Shown: in pieces, positions 17,807-27,724 of the stretch
How positions within the stretch are numbered: the stretch's first letter is position 1
How the letters are laid out: each line of letters starts with the position of its first letter
Source of the DNA: Gammaproteobacteria bacterium
GTDB lineage: Bacteria; Pseudomonadota; Gammaproteobacteria; CBDBNL01; JAAOII01
NCBI GenBank assembly: GCA_965209035.1
Contig: OZ242372.1
Span: forward strand, 256,001 to 320,000
Length of the DNA stretch: 64,000 nucleotides
Direction: 5' to 3'
Translations under genes and position numbers: made by a program
Notes under the pieces: generated by a model
What the model was told of the DNA's origin: nothing
Databases searched by the model: none
The model's input: only the letters and a program-made list of their open reading frames with translations

Positions 17807-18056
17807 TCATCTTTCCTTGCTTTTGTATTCTTTTTATTTAATTCCACATCCGGGATCCGATAAGAAATATTTTTGGAGATAATACGATCATGATTCAATG
17901 CCGCCGTAACGATTTCTTCTAATTTCTTTGCTTCTTTTTTAGGAAGTTTTATAGTGTTTTGAATGGAATCAAACCTATTTCCAACAAAATAACACCTTAT
18001 TTGACGACAATCACACCTTTGAAAGTAATCGGACAATACTCTACATTGTTATTCAT
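17779..18056 (-). pseudogene. Small hypothetical passenger gene, possibly frameshifted
   Basis: ATG frame MNNNVEYCPITFKGVIVVK* overlaps the upstream stop; a second frame continues as the 85-aa track ORF. Confidence 0.35.
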
Positions 18057-18398
18057 CTTTACCGCCATCTAAGCTTGCCCCCGCAACAAAACCAATTGTT
18101 AAACTGATAATATTAAACCCTCCGTAAATGACGATGGTAATAAGTTCAAATAAGCCCGAATCTTTTCCTAACTTGCTATAAGCCACTAAAATAAAACTTC
18201 CAAGCAAAACTAACCCAAACATAAAAACAACAATAACCTATATGCTATAAAAAGTTTTTGTTTGCCTGTCCAAAAAGTGCTGTCACAAAAACAATCGCGA
18301 AGGAAGTTTAGCGCGCCATATTTTACTTTGTTCGTTGAGTTTGGTGACAAAGGGCCTTCATTTGATTTTGTTTGATCTTTTTCTTGCGAATGATTCAT
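18049..18398 (-). pseudogene. Frameshifted two-TM membrane protein downstream of Panacea (candidate toxin)
   Basis: Frame 1 reads MNHSQEK..KLFIAY. A shifted frame reads VIVVFMFGLVLLGSFILVAY..ITIVIYGGFNIISLTIGFVAGASLDGGKDE*. The start overlaps the Panacea stop (TAATG). Confidence 0.6.
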
Positions 18399-18880
18399 TA
18401 CTTTTCTGTGATATATTCGTCTTTTATTTTTTTGTAAGGACCATCAATAGTTAAAGTTTTAGCATACGGACTGCCGATAGAATGGGTAATATTCGTTAGG
18501 CGAGAAGCGGTAAAATCTCCATAGTCATTTAAAACATTTTCCAAATGACTCATCATTTTTTGACCGCCCAAATGCTCTTGTTTTTCTTCATACCCTCTTA
18601 CAGCCCCATCAAATAAGATCGGTTTCAACGAATAATATTTAAAATAATACATAATTTCCAGTATAACCGGTCCGTAATTCCAAGCACTAAAAACATTCGG
18701 GGTGCTGCGAAACGGGTTATCCGAACCTTCATCTCTTAAACAAGCACGATACCAAAGATATAGCAATTTTTGTATTTTTGTTTGATTCATATCAATATTC
18801 CTTTCCTTCGCTCTTACTAATAGAGTATTAATCGCAAGAACAAATTCCTTTGTTAAAAGATTACTTCGTTTAACTTCCAT
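18398..18880 (-). CDS. Panacea/SocA-like (DUF4065) antitoxin-domain protein
   Basis: KIQKLLY, AWNYGPV, YGDFTASRL and THSIGSPY. Confidence 0.88.
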   Translation of the reverse strand: MEVKRSNLLTKEFVLAINTLLVRAKERNIDMNQTKIQKLLYLWYRACLRDEGSDNPFRSTPNVFSAWNYGPVILEIMYYFKYYSLKPILFDGAVRGYEEKQEHLGGQKMMSHLENVLNDYGDFTASRLTNITHSIGSPYAKTLTIDGPYKKIKDEYITEK

Positions 18881-18890
18881 ATGACATATC

Positions 18891-19058
18891 CTATTTCACT
18901 AAATCACAATACTTAATCCGCTTGCCGCGAAACGCTACACAAAAGGACTTCAATCTATCTACGGTGTCAATCGCACAGTTGCCCTCATCAGGCACCATCT
19001 TCATAAATTGAAAAACACTAATGGCTTTCGCTATTTGTTTTTCTTCTCTTATCTTCAT
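18891..19058 (-). pseudogene. IS1595-family transposase with a large internal deletion
   Basis: N-terminal-like ISVFQFMKMVPDE is joined directly to C-terminal-like EGNCAIDTVDRL..GKRIKYCDLV; located just inside the IR. Confidence 0.7.
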
Positions 19059-19204
19059 AGTGGTATAAATATTATTATACGATAAAGTATTCACTTTTTA
19101 AAGGTTGAGGAGTATTGTATATAATTCCCTAAATTTAATCTCACTTTGCGGTTGCCTCGCTGCCTCGATGCCGCGATACCACACCGCAGATTCGCATTCG
19201 CATC

Positions 19205-21214
19205 TCATCGGCGACGGCGAGCGGCATGCTCGGCGGGTCGCGCCCCTGTCCAAATGTCTGTCAAGCGCAAGAAATTTTCCGATATCACGCGCACCGTCTC
19301 ATCCGCATCCGTTTCTTTTTGAAACCAAGAAAGAATCGGCGCGCCAAAAATACTTCTGCCAACGGCAAAACCCCGGCATTCGGGTTGCCGGGCGGCAATT
19401 TCTATGTCTTTTTGCAGATCTTCTATCGGTTTGTCTTTCCCGAGTAACAGCACACCGCAACAATGCGGGTCCCCGCGATTAATCACGGAACGGACATCAT
19501 CCCAATGCCCCGCAGATAAGCCGGGCAACTTCCACCAATCGGGGAAGATATCTCTTTTGTAAACTTCCTCCATTCCGCGCAACACTTCTTCGCCTTCTTC
19601 CCGAGCCGCCAAAGGATCCCGCGGCAGAATTTCCAATAACAATCTGTGCCGGGAATGCTCGCAGGCACGATAAAGTTGCCAAACTCTTTTCAATTGCAGT
19701 GCGCGCAGATGCGCCTCCTCGTCGCTCTTATAAAAAAACAAACACTTCACCAAATGCGATGCCGGAAAACTTTCAACCACATGTGCGATCGGCTCGGAAA
19801 AATCAAACTCCAAAGGATAGGATTTCGGCTTCTCTACCGGTCTGGCAATCCAAATCGGCTCTCCGGCAAGCCCAATATCCCCGCCAAGCCCGGTAGCCTG
19901 TCGCAACACATCTTCGCCGTATCTGCCGTCACAGATTAAGCCGGGTTTTAAGGATTTCTCTGTCGTTATGTTCTTCTTTGCCATTACAAACGCCTGCCAA
20001 ATCAACTTCTTGCCTTCCGCGATAGCGGCATCCGCGGGCGACAAACCCGCCTTAGCCGCCATCTCCTCAAATTGCAAACGATGGTCAAACGCCAGAATAC
20101 AGAAATCGCCGGCGCCGGCATCTCCCGCACCCGGTCTGTGCTGTCCCGTGGTTGCGTTATGCAAACGCCGAAAAGCCGGCGCGTGATCCGGAATGGCGGG
20201 CAATTGATCGCGCCGGGACATAAAATAATCCAGTTCCGGCACAGACGGAGATTCGGGGGAACATCCGTGCCTGCTCACCACAAGGGCACCCGAAGCATTG
20301 CCTTTGGTGGCACAGGTTTCCCAATCTTCGCCGCGCAAATAAGCGGACAAAAAGCCGCTCATAAACGCATCCCCCGCCCCGACCGTGTTCACAATCCCGA
20401 CCTTAAAAGACCGCCCGTTCGGCGAGAATTTTGCGGGAACCTCGCCGTCATCAATCACACAGCATCCCAATGCCCCCATCTTAAAAACAAGCGTAGCATC
20501 GGTCAGGGCGCGCACATTTTTCAGGGAAGCATAAGGATCTTCGCTGCCGCCCGCTATGTTGAATTCCTCATCCGTGCCGACTATCAGATCGCACATAGGA
20601 AGAATTTTTTGAATATTTTGAGTCACCTCCCGGTTTGCCACAAAGCGATTCTCCCCCTCACCCAAGTCCGTCAACCCCCAAAGGACGGGACGATAATCAA
20701 TATCAAAAATGATCCGGGTGCCGGCCGCGCGCGCCGCCTCTGCCGCCTTAAACAAAGCCTGTGCCGTTTCGGGTGCGGAAAGATGCACCCCGCTCAAAAG
20801 AATGGCCTTACTCTTGCCAATTGCCTCAACGGGGATATCCTCCCGACATAAGCCCATGTCCGCGCAATCCTTGCGATAATACAACAGCGGAAAGGTTTGA
20901 GAATCGCGAATGCTCAGCAGAACAAGCGTGGTTAAGCGTTTGTCATCGCGGCGAATGAACCGCGTATCCACTCCTTCACAGGCAAAGGTCTTAATCAGAT
21001 ACTCGCCCATCTGCTCCTTACCGACGCGCGAAACCATCGCCACTCGCAGTCCCAGCCGGGAGGTCCCTATGGCGATATTGGCGGGACAACCGCCGACATA
21101 CTTATTGAAAGAAAGGGCATCCTCCAGACCGCCTCCCAGTTGGTTTGAGTACAGATCCACGCCGCATCTGCCGATGCTAATCAGATCATAGTCCGTTTCC
21201 GGTGTTCGCTTCAT
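19205..21214 (-). CDS. iolC: 5-dehydro-2-deoxygluconokinase with DUF2090 domain
   Basis: IGRCGVDLY, KYVGGCPANIA, DIDYRPVLW, GAGDAF, LAFDHR and PDWWKL. Confidence 0.95.
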   Translation of the reverse strand: MKRTPETDYDLISIGRCGVDLYSNQLGGGLEDALSFNKYVGGCPANIAIGTSRLGLRVAMVSRVGKEQMGEYLIKTFACEGVDTRFIRRDDKRLTTLVLLSIRDSQTFPLLYYRKDCADMGLCREDIPVEAIGKSKAILLSGVHLSAPETAQALFKAAEAARAAGTRIIFDIDYRPVLWGLTDLGEGENRFVANREVTQNIQKILPMCDLIVGTDEEFNIAGGSEDPYASLKNVRALTDATLVFKMGALGCCVIDDGEVPAKFSPNGRSFKVGIVNTVGAGDAFMSGFLSAYLRGEDWETCATKGNASGALVVSRHGCSPESPSVPELDYFMSRRDQLPAIPDHAPAFRRLHNATTGQHRPGAGDAGAGDFCILAFDHRLQFEEMAAKAGLSPADAAIAEGKKLIWQAFVMAKKNITTEKSLKPGLICDGRYGEDVLRQATGLGGDIGLAGEPIWIARPVEKPKSYPLEFDFSEPIAHVVESFPASHLVKCLFFYKSDEEAHLRALQLKRVWQLYRACEHSRHRLLLEILPRDPLAAREEGEEVLRGMEEVYKRDIFPDWWKLPGLSAGHWDDVRSVINRGDPHCCGVLLLGKDKPIEDLQKDIEIAARQPECRGFAVGRSIFGAPILSWFQKETDADETVRVISENFLRLTDIWTGARPAEHAARRRR

Positions 21215-21263
21215 TCGTTACTCGTTACTCGTTTTTCGGTATCGCCTTCAACAAACACAAGTC

Positions 21264-22427
21264 TTATTTGTCTCGTCCCTGTCTCTGTCCGTTTTTTACT
21301 TGTATCCAAGAGGACTTCTCGGCGGAAGTCACCATAGATTCTATGACGCGTTGCACCCCCAATCCGAACTCCAGATCCGCGATGGGTTTGTGTTGCGGAT
21401 CCAGTATGGCGGAAATGAACTCACCCGCCTGAATCGTGACAAAGTTATTAAAACTCAACCCGTGGCCGGCAGCCGGACAAAAATACTTGTAAAAGCGATG
21501 TTCCGGGCCGATCAAAATACGCCTGTAGCCTTCCGTGCGCGCATCCTTGTCCCGCAGATGAACCGATACTTGGTTTAGGTTTTCCTGGTCCAATAACAAT
21601 GCCCCCTTGCTGCCGTGAATCTCCAACCGCAGATATAGTTTCCGACCGCTGGCAACATTTGCTGTCTGAAAAATCCCGCTCGGCCCCCCGGCATACTTGA
21701 TAATCGCATGGGCAATGTTATCGGTCGTCACCGGCAGCATATTGCCTTGCATATCCCGTCTTTGACGCACCGACCGACATCGCATCGCCGCCAAAGATTC
21801 GGGCATCCCTAACAGTTTCAGCAAAAGAGCAATTAAGTGATACCCCAGATCGGCGAGCGCTCCCAGATAGGCTCTTTTCTCATCACAACGCCATGTATAT
21901 AAAGCATTCGGATCGCTCATATAGTCCTGATTATGATGCGCCGAAAACGAGTAGATCTCTCCCAACTTGCCTTCCTCTATTAATTCTTTCATCAAGAATA
22001 CCGCCGGGTTTGCCAGGTAGGTAAAGCCCACCGCATTTGCCACCCGCGTCTCTCGCGCCTTTGCGACCAGATTCACACACTCATCGGTGCTCATCGCAAT
22101 CGGCTTCTCGCACAGGACATGCTTGCCCGCTTCCATCGCGAACAACGCTTGCTCGTAATGCTCCCAATCTTCCGAACCGATCAAAACCGCATCCACATCC
22201 GGGTCCTCAAGCATCTTGCGCCAATCGCCATAATGTTTTACAACCCCATAACGGGCGGCAAAGTCCGCCGCGCGGGCTGCGGTGCGCGAACTTACCGCAA
22301 ACAAACAAACATTCGTATTTAATTGAAAGGTCTCGGCAACCGTATCAAAAGCCACCGCAAAGGCGCGGGCAATGAAACCGGTGCCGATAACGGCAACATT
22401 AATGGTCTTCTTGTCAGTCGGTTTCAT
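21264..22427 (-). CDS. Gfo/Idh/MocA-family oxidoreductase
   Basis: IGTGFI, CEKP, GALADLGYH and PAAGHGL; ATGA overlap with the upstream gene. Confidence 0.9.
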   Translation of the reverse strand: MKPTDKKTINVAVIGTGFIARAFAVAFDTVAETFQLNTNVCLFAVSSRTAARAADFAARYGVVKHYGDWRKMLEDPDVDAVLIGSEDWEHYEQALFAMEAGKHVLCEKPIAMSTDECVNLVAKARETRVANAVGFTYLANPAVFLMKELIEEGKLGEIYSFSAHHNQDYMSDPNALYTWRCDEKRAYLGALADLGYHLIALLLKLLGMPESLAAMRCRSVRQRRDMQGNMLPVTTDNIAHAIIKYAGGPSGIFQTANVASGRKLYLRLEIHGSKGALLLDQENLNQVSVHLRDKDARTEGYRRILIGPEHRFYKYFCPAAGHGLSFNNFVTIQAGEFISAILDPQHKPIADLEFGLGVQRVIESMVTSAEKSSWIQVKNGQRQGRDK

Positions 22428-23635
22428 TTGCCGGAAATGTAAACCCAAGAATTACTGTCCGCGGACTGAACCATTGCATCCGTGATGCTCTGCACCCCCT
22501 TGCCAAAATGCAGATCGGCAATCACCCGATCTCTCCCCGTAACGATGGATTCCGCGAAACAACCGTCTTGAATGATTAAAAGATCATTAAAACCCAGCCC
22601 GTGAGCGGGAGCGGGACAAAACTTGGAAAAATACTGATGCTGGGGACCGATAAAAATTCGCTTAAATCCTTCCTGTTGTCGGTCGTCTTGTCGCAGGTAA
22701 AGTTGAATTGTATTCATATCTTCCATATCAATCAAAAGGCTTCCCAGACTGCCGTTAATTTCTATCCAAATGAACTGATCCCTGCCCGTCGCCACACGAC
22801 TGACCTGAATCACCCCCGCAAGATCCTCATCATAACGAATAATGGCATTTGCCATATCATCCGAGGTCACCCGTTTCATTTGAGGGTCATTCTTGCCACC
22901 CCGTTTCTCCGTTTGCCGGGCGGTGTCGTCTCCGGCGGCCGCATTGATGCTGCGTGTCCCGCTCGCCGAACTCACCCGGCGTTGCGGAACCTTAATTTCG
23001 CGATTCGCAATTAACGATTCCGGCATACCCAGCAAGGACAACAGATAGCCCGCCACATGATAGCCAAGATCCGCCGTGGTGCCGGAACCGGCAATCTTCT
23101 CGTCACAGTGCCAGTGAAACGGCAGGTCCGGATCGCTCAGATGATCCTCATTGAAATAGGCGGTAAAGCCGTATAGTCTTCCCAACTTATTCCCGGCAAG
23201 AAGTTCCTTCGCCATAAATATGGCGGGATTGGCAAGATAAGTTAACCCCACCGCATGCCGCACGCCCTGTTTTTCCGCCAATTCACAAAGGTGCGTACAC
23301 TCGCGCAGGCTCATCGTAATCGGTTTTTCGCAAATGATATGCTTCCCCGCCAAGATGGCAGCCTTCGCCTGCTCAAAATGCAGGTAAGGCGGCGTCCCGA
23401 TCACAACGGCATTCACAGCCGGGTCGTCGATGAGAGCCCGCCAATCCTTGCAGATCTTGCGGCAATTAAAGCGTCTTGCAAAACGCTCCGCTTCTGCCGG
23501 AATATCCGAGCAGATTGCCCCAAAAGAAATATCCGCATCAATATCCATGATCTTGGCGGCGGAATTTAACGCCAGTGCGTGGGCGTTTGAGATGTAACCC
23601 GCGCCGATAAAACCGAAACAAAGGTTTTTCTTCAC
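22424..23635 (-). CDS. Gfo/Idh/MocA-family oxidoreductase
   Basis: IGAGYI, CEKP, DLGYH and PAPAHGLGFNDL. Confidence 0.9.
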   Translation of the reverse strand: MKKNLCFGFIGAGYISNAHALALNSAAKIMDIDADISFGAICSDIPAEAERFARRFNCRKICKDWRALIDDPAVNAVVIGTPPYLHFEQAKAAILAGKHIICEKPITMSLRECTHLCELAEKQGVRHAVGLTYLANPAIFMAKELLAGNKLGRLYGFTAYFNEDHLSDPDLPFHWHCDEKIAGSGTTADLGYHVAGYLLSLLGMPESLIANREIKVPQRRVSSASGTRSINAAAGDDTARQTEKRGGKNDPQMKRVTSDDMANAIIRYDEDLAGVIQVSRVATGRDQFIWIEINGSLGSLLIDMEDMNTIQLYLRQDDRQQEGFKRIFIGPQHQYFSKFCPAPAHGLGFNDLLIIQDGCFAESIVTGRDRVIADLHFGKGVQSITDAMVQSADSNSWVYISGK

Positions 23636-23806
23636 CCTATTATTAATTGTTAATTGTTATTAAGAATCACCGGTTAGCGTTGAAAACTGAAATCCGAAAT
23701 CCGGATAGATGCCGAGCCGAATCGTCCGTGCCACCCCTATTGCCAGCATTACCCGGCTATTTGGTGTCGGCAAAAGTTGCCGGAAACGCAACAGGCAAAA
23801 AAAAGA

Positions 23807-24625
23807 TCAGTGCTTCTTTTGAGGAGAAGCATCCGACTCGTCGCCGCCTATCTCCCTCAGTTCGCGTTCCAACTCCTTAAGTTCGGCACCGCCCGCCATC
23901 ATTTCAAGAAGTTGCGCTTCGCTAATCTCTTCCTTATGGTAAAAACCGAGACTCTTGCCGCGATTCAACAAAGTAAAATCTTCGCCTATCGGAAACGCAT
24001 GATGGACATTGTGTGTAATGAGAATCACTCCTATGCCCTTGGCCCTCGCGCGGGCAACAAACTTCAGCACCAGACCGGACTGCTTGACACCCAGAGCGGC
24101 TGTCGGCTCGTCCAGAATTAACACCTTGGCGCCAAAGTAAATGGCACGGGCGATCGCCAAACACTGACGCTCGCCGCCGGACATGGTGCCGACCGCCTGT
24201 TCCGGGTCGCGAATCTTGATACCGATTTCCGCCATTTTTTCTTTGGCGATTCGGTTCGCCTTTTCCATATCCAACACACTGATGGGCCCGTATTTCTTAA
24301 CCGGCTCCCGTCCCATAAAAAAGTTGCGGGAAATACTCATCAGCGGGATCAACGCCAGGTCCTGATAAACCACTCCTATACCCATGTCCAAAGCATCGCG
24401 CGGAGAATTAAAGTTCATCTTCTTTCCTTCCATGTAAATTGCCCCCTCGCTGGGTTTATGCACACCCGCCAGGGTCTTAATCAACGTGGACTTGCCGGCG
24501 CCGTTATCTCCCAACAAGCAACAAACGCAGCCGCCCGATTCAAGAGAAAACGAAATATCTTTTAGCGCGATGACCGAGCCAAAATATTTACTGACATTTC
24601 TAAACTCAATTAATGGTGTACTCAT
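23807..24625 (-). CDS. Sugar (likely inositol) ABC transporter ATP-binding protein
   Basis: [15 protein letters not shown] and LILDEPT. Confidence 0.93.
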   Translation of the reverse strand: MSTPLIEFRNVSKYFGSVIALKDISFSLESGGCVCCLLGDNGAGKSTLIKTLAGVHKPSEGAIYMEGKKMNFNSPRDALDMGIGVVYQDLALIPLMSISRNFFMGREPVKKYGPISVLDMEKANRIAKEKMAEIGIKIRDPEQAVGTMSGGERQCLAIARAIYFGAKVLILDEPTAALGVKQSGLVLKFVARARAKGIGVILITHNVHHAFPIGEDFTLLNRGKSLGFYHKEEISEAQLLEMMAGGAELKELERELREIGGDESDASPQKKH

Positions 24626-24630
24626 AATAA

Positions 24631-25755
24631 TTACCTCGCTTCGGTTACTCGTTTACGCACAAAATCATTAAATATGACGGCAATGAGCATCATCACCCCC
24701 AGAAAAACGCGAAACCAATCCGTATCTATGCCCGTATAAAAAATCCCCGCCTGCACTGTGCCAAAAATCAACGCGCCCAAGGCCGCGCCCACCGCGCTTC
24801 CATATCCGCCGGTCAGCAGGGTCCCGCCGATCACAGTGGCAATAATCGCCTCAAACTCTTTGAGAACGCCGCGTTGTGTATCCGCGGATCCTGCGCCCAT
24901 CACCTGAACACACGCAAAAATAGTCGCCGCCATAGCCGTGATAATAAAAAGAATGATCTTCACTCTGTTCACCGGAACGCCGACATTACGGGCGGCATTG
25001 GCATCGCCGCCGACTGCAAAAATCCAGTTCCCAAACTTGGTGCGCAGCAACACCCAGGTCGCCACAAGGGTAAAAACAAGCCAGATCATCACCGACATCG
25101 GAATACCCGCCACTATGGGCTGATCGTTATTCAGGGTCTCTATCATCCCCCATTTTGCCAGGGCCGTAAAGAGACCTTGAAAAAGATCCGCATCAAAAAA
25201 CCTGCCCAGAAAATCCTTTTCCACATGCTCCGTCAACCCGCTAATCTGGGTGCGCCCCGTAATCAAACGAGTCAAAGCAATCGTCAGACCGCGCAGTATA
25301 AAAAGCATTGCCAGAGTCACAATGAACGATGGCAACTTGGTTCTGATCACCAGCATACCGTTGATATAGCCCACCATCACGGCACAGCCAAAGGCAAAGA
25401 AAATGGAAGACCAAAGCGGCCATCCCCAAACCGTTGTCGGTATTGCAATGCAAATACCCGCAAACCCTATCATAGAGCCTACCGACAGATCAAACTCTCC
25501 GCCGATCATCAACAAGGCGGCCGCAACCGCTATGATGCCCAACTCAGCCGACCATTCCAAAAAATTAATAGTGCCAAGGGCGGAAAACATCCCGGTCCCT
25601 CCTTGGGCAACTTCCAATATCCCGAAAAACAGAAAAACCAACATCGTGCCGGCTAAAGCGCCGAACTCCGGCCGATTCAGCAGTTTCCTAAACAAGGAAA
25701 TCTTACGAACCCGCTCGTCTGTGTTGTTATTGCTTACCGAAGCCGTATCTTGCAT
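24631..25755 (-). CDS. Sugar (likely inositol) ABC transporter permease
   Basis: [28 protein letters not shown] and [10 protein letters not shown]. Confidence 0.93.
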   Translation of the reverse strand: MQDTASVSNNNTDERVRKISLFRKLLNRPEFGALAGTMLVFLFFGILEVAQGGTGMFSALGTINFLEWSAELGIIAVAAALLMIGGEFDLSVGSMIGFAGICIAIPTTVWGWPLWSSIFFAFGCAVMVGYINGMLVIRTKLPSFIVTLAMLFILRGLTIALTRLITGRTQISGLTEHVEKDFLGRFFDADLFQGLFTALAKWGMIETLNNDQPIVAGIPMSVMIWLVFTLVATWVLLRTKFGNWIFAVGGDANAARNVGVPVNRVKIILFIITAMAATIFACVQVMGAGSADTQRGVLKEFEAIIATVIGGTLLTGGYGSAVGAALGALIFGTVQAGIFYTGIDTDWFRVFLGVMMLIAVIFNDFVRKRVTEAR

Positions 25756-25773
25756 GATTTTTTTGTAATTGTT

Positions 25774-25809
25774 AAAAAAGAAGAGGGGACCCATATGGGT
25801 CCCTTCTTC
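25774..25809 (-). terminator. Intrinsic terminator/attenuator between the binding-protein and permease genes
   Basis: Hairpin GGGACCCATATGGGTCCC extended by GAAGA/TCTTC, followed by a U-tract on the minus strand. Confidence 0.7.
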
Positions 25810-25821
25810 AGATGTCAAAGA

Positions 25822-26751
25822 TTAACGATAGCCTTTCTTGGCTGCCGCAATCACTTGCTTGGCGTTGTCCTTGGTAACAAACCCCGGACCCGTCAAAATA
25901 AGACCCGAAGGCAACACACCCCACTTGACATATTGCGCTATGATGGCAACAGGCAAGTAGCCCTGCAGATAGGGTTGCTGGTCTATCAGGAAAGTCATTT
26001 CTCCCTTTGAGGTCGCTTGCAATGTGGAATCCGCCAGGTCAAACGAGCCAAATTGGATCTTGCCAACCAGCCCGAGTTCCTTCAAAGCCGCCAAACTCGG
26101 TTCGGCGGAAAGAGGACCCAAGGTCAAAATACCGTCAATTGTCTTGTCGCGTCTCAGTGCGGCTGTTACCGCAGTCCGAACGGCAGTCGGATCATTGCTT
26201 ACCGCAACGACTCGCAGTTTTCCGCCCAGACCCTTCTTGAAACCTTCGCAGCGCAAGTCCAACGCAACATTACCCACCTCGTGGTTAATGCAAAGCGCGT
26301 TCTTGACACCGGATGCCTTCATTCTTTCGCCGCCGCCCAAACCGGCTTCATATTCGGTTTGGCCCACATGCGCTTGAAGTCCCAGTTTCTTGTAAACATC
26401 GCTGCCGGAATTAATTGAGATAACCGGAATACCGGCCGCAACGGCACGACGAATGGAATCACCGAGAGCGTCCGCATCCGGAATGCTCACAATAATACCG
26501 TCCGGTTTTTGCGCAACCGCAGTGTCAATCAATTTGGACATTTCGGACATATCAAAAGTTGCCGGTGCCCTGTATTGTGCCCGAATATCCGCGTCTTTGG
26601 CGGCGCTGTCAACGCCGTTTTTAACGATGTTCCAAAACGGATCATTTGCTTGGCCGTGTGTAACAACGATGACTCTTCCGGCGGCAAATGCACTGCCACC
26701 AAAAATTGCCATGGATGCCACCAGGACCAAAAGTATGTTTTTTATTTTCAT
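25822..26751 (-). CDS. Sugar (likely inositol) ABC transporter periplasmic binding protein
   Basis: Signal peptide, HGQANDPFW, GIPVISINSG and IDQQPYLQGY. Confidence 0.93.
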   Translation of the reverse strand: MKIKNILLVLVASMAIFGGSAFAAGRVIVVTHGQANDPFWNIVKNGVDSAAKDADIRAQYRAPATFDMSEMSKLIDTAVAQKPDGIIVSIPDADALGDSIRRAVAAGIPVISINSGSDVYKKLGLQAHVGQTEYEAGLGGGERMKASGVKNALCINHEVGNVALDLRCEGFKKGLGGKLRVVAVSNDPTAVRTAVTAALRRDKTIDGILTLGPLSAEPSLAALKELGLVGKIQFGSFDLADSTLQATSKGEMTFLIDQQPYLQGYLPVAIIAQYVKWGVLPSGLILTGPGFVTKDNAKQVIAAAKKGYR

Positions 26752-27088
26752 AATGTTTTACTCCTTATAAAGGTAAATATAAATAATAATATAGTAATTT
26801 CTTATTGTATGGGAAGCGGATCTTTCCCGCAGTCCTTGTTTTTTACGGTTTTTTTACGGAATTTCTATTTTTTACAAACTTCCGGGAATTTTTACAAATT
26901 GAAGCGTTTTGTTTTGAAGCGTCTTAATTCTTTTGACGCGCATTAAAAAAACTTAAAACGGCACTGCCGCGCTTCCGCGCTGCCTCATTTTCGCCCAATA
27001 ACCCGGAGGGACCCGGCGACCAAGCCGATATCCCGGTTTGCGGGTTAGCGGATTAACCGGATTAGCGGGTTATGTTATGAGCGATTAG

Positions 27089-27420
27089 TTAAAATGACAT
27101 CTCGTGCCGCCCGCCGGACAAGGCGGGGCAAGGCGGGACAAGGCGCAGCAACGGTAAGGTATTGCTGTTGCCGAAATCCCATATGCCGAGGCTCCAACCG
27201 GCATAGGCGGTTCCGGATGTCGGGGTTGCACTTTGCAAGATATCGATAGCACGGGCTTGTGTTTCTTGAGAAGAGTTCGAAAAACCCGCATTTGGATCGC
27301 CCGGGGCGCGACTGGCGTTGTAATAAGAAGCAGTTAAAGATGCGGAGCCTCCTTGCAGACCCACCTGTGAATTCAACCTTCCGGTGCAACACCGGTTGCT
27401 AAATTATAATCCACTCCGGT
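27089..27420 (-). pseudogene. C-terminal remnant of a GLUG-type surface protein
   Basis: LTASYYN..LQSATPTSGTAYAGW..IWDFGNSNTLPLL; no proper start, and it abuts an IS end. Confidence 0.55.
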
Positions 27421-27435
27421 CGCTTCTGAGAAGAC

Positions 27436-27502
27436 CTCGGCTGCTTGATCTGAGGACGCACAATGCCAAACTCAGAGTCCGGAGCCTTTATGAGATCATG
27501 CA
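27436..27502 (-). mobile_element. Orphan IS481 left end, with a second IR-like motif ending at 27550
   Basis: Close match to 2591-2658, ending exactly at ..GAGATCATGCA. Confidence 0.8.
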
Positions 27503-27724
27503 CTGAGGATGCATCACACTCCGATTTCAAAACCTTTCCCGGATCATGCAAGCAACCGCCTATTGGCGATATTCACCACAAGCACTTTTGGTGTCATCTT
27601 ATAAGGTTCTGCCGCTTTTTTTATGGCTGCATTTTGGGCTTAAGCAAGTGCAAATTAAATTTTTGGTATTATAATATTAGTATGTTTGTAATAAATATAA
27701 ATCAAACAAAAAAGGAAAAAGGCT

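Larger units (their letters stand above)
17770..19133 (-). mobile_element. Non-autonomous IS1595-like transporter cassette with passenger genes
   Basis: Perfect 25-bp inverted repeat TTTAGGGAATTATATACAATACTCC at 17770-17794 and 19109-19133. If the ends are GGG/CCC (17774/19129), the 8-bp flanks TATTTTTA and TAAATTTA match 6/8. It contains a transposase remnant and AT-rich cargo. Confidence 0.8.

Noticed and set aside
26899-26922. TTGAAGCGT direct repeat as an operator for the iol ABC promoter
   Set aside because: Indistinguishable from the many local tandem duplications; no regulator gene to support it.
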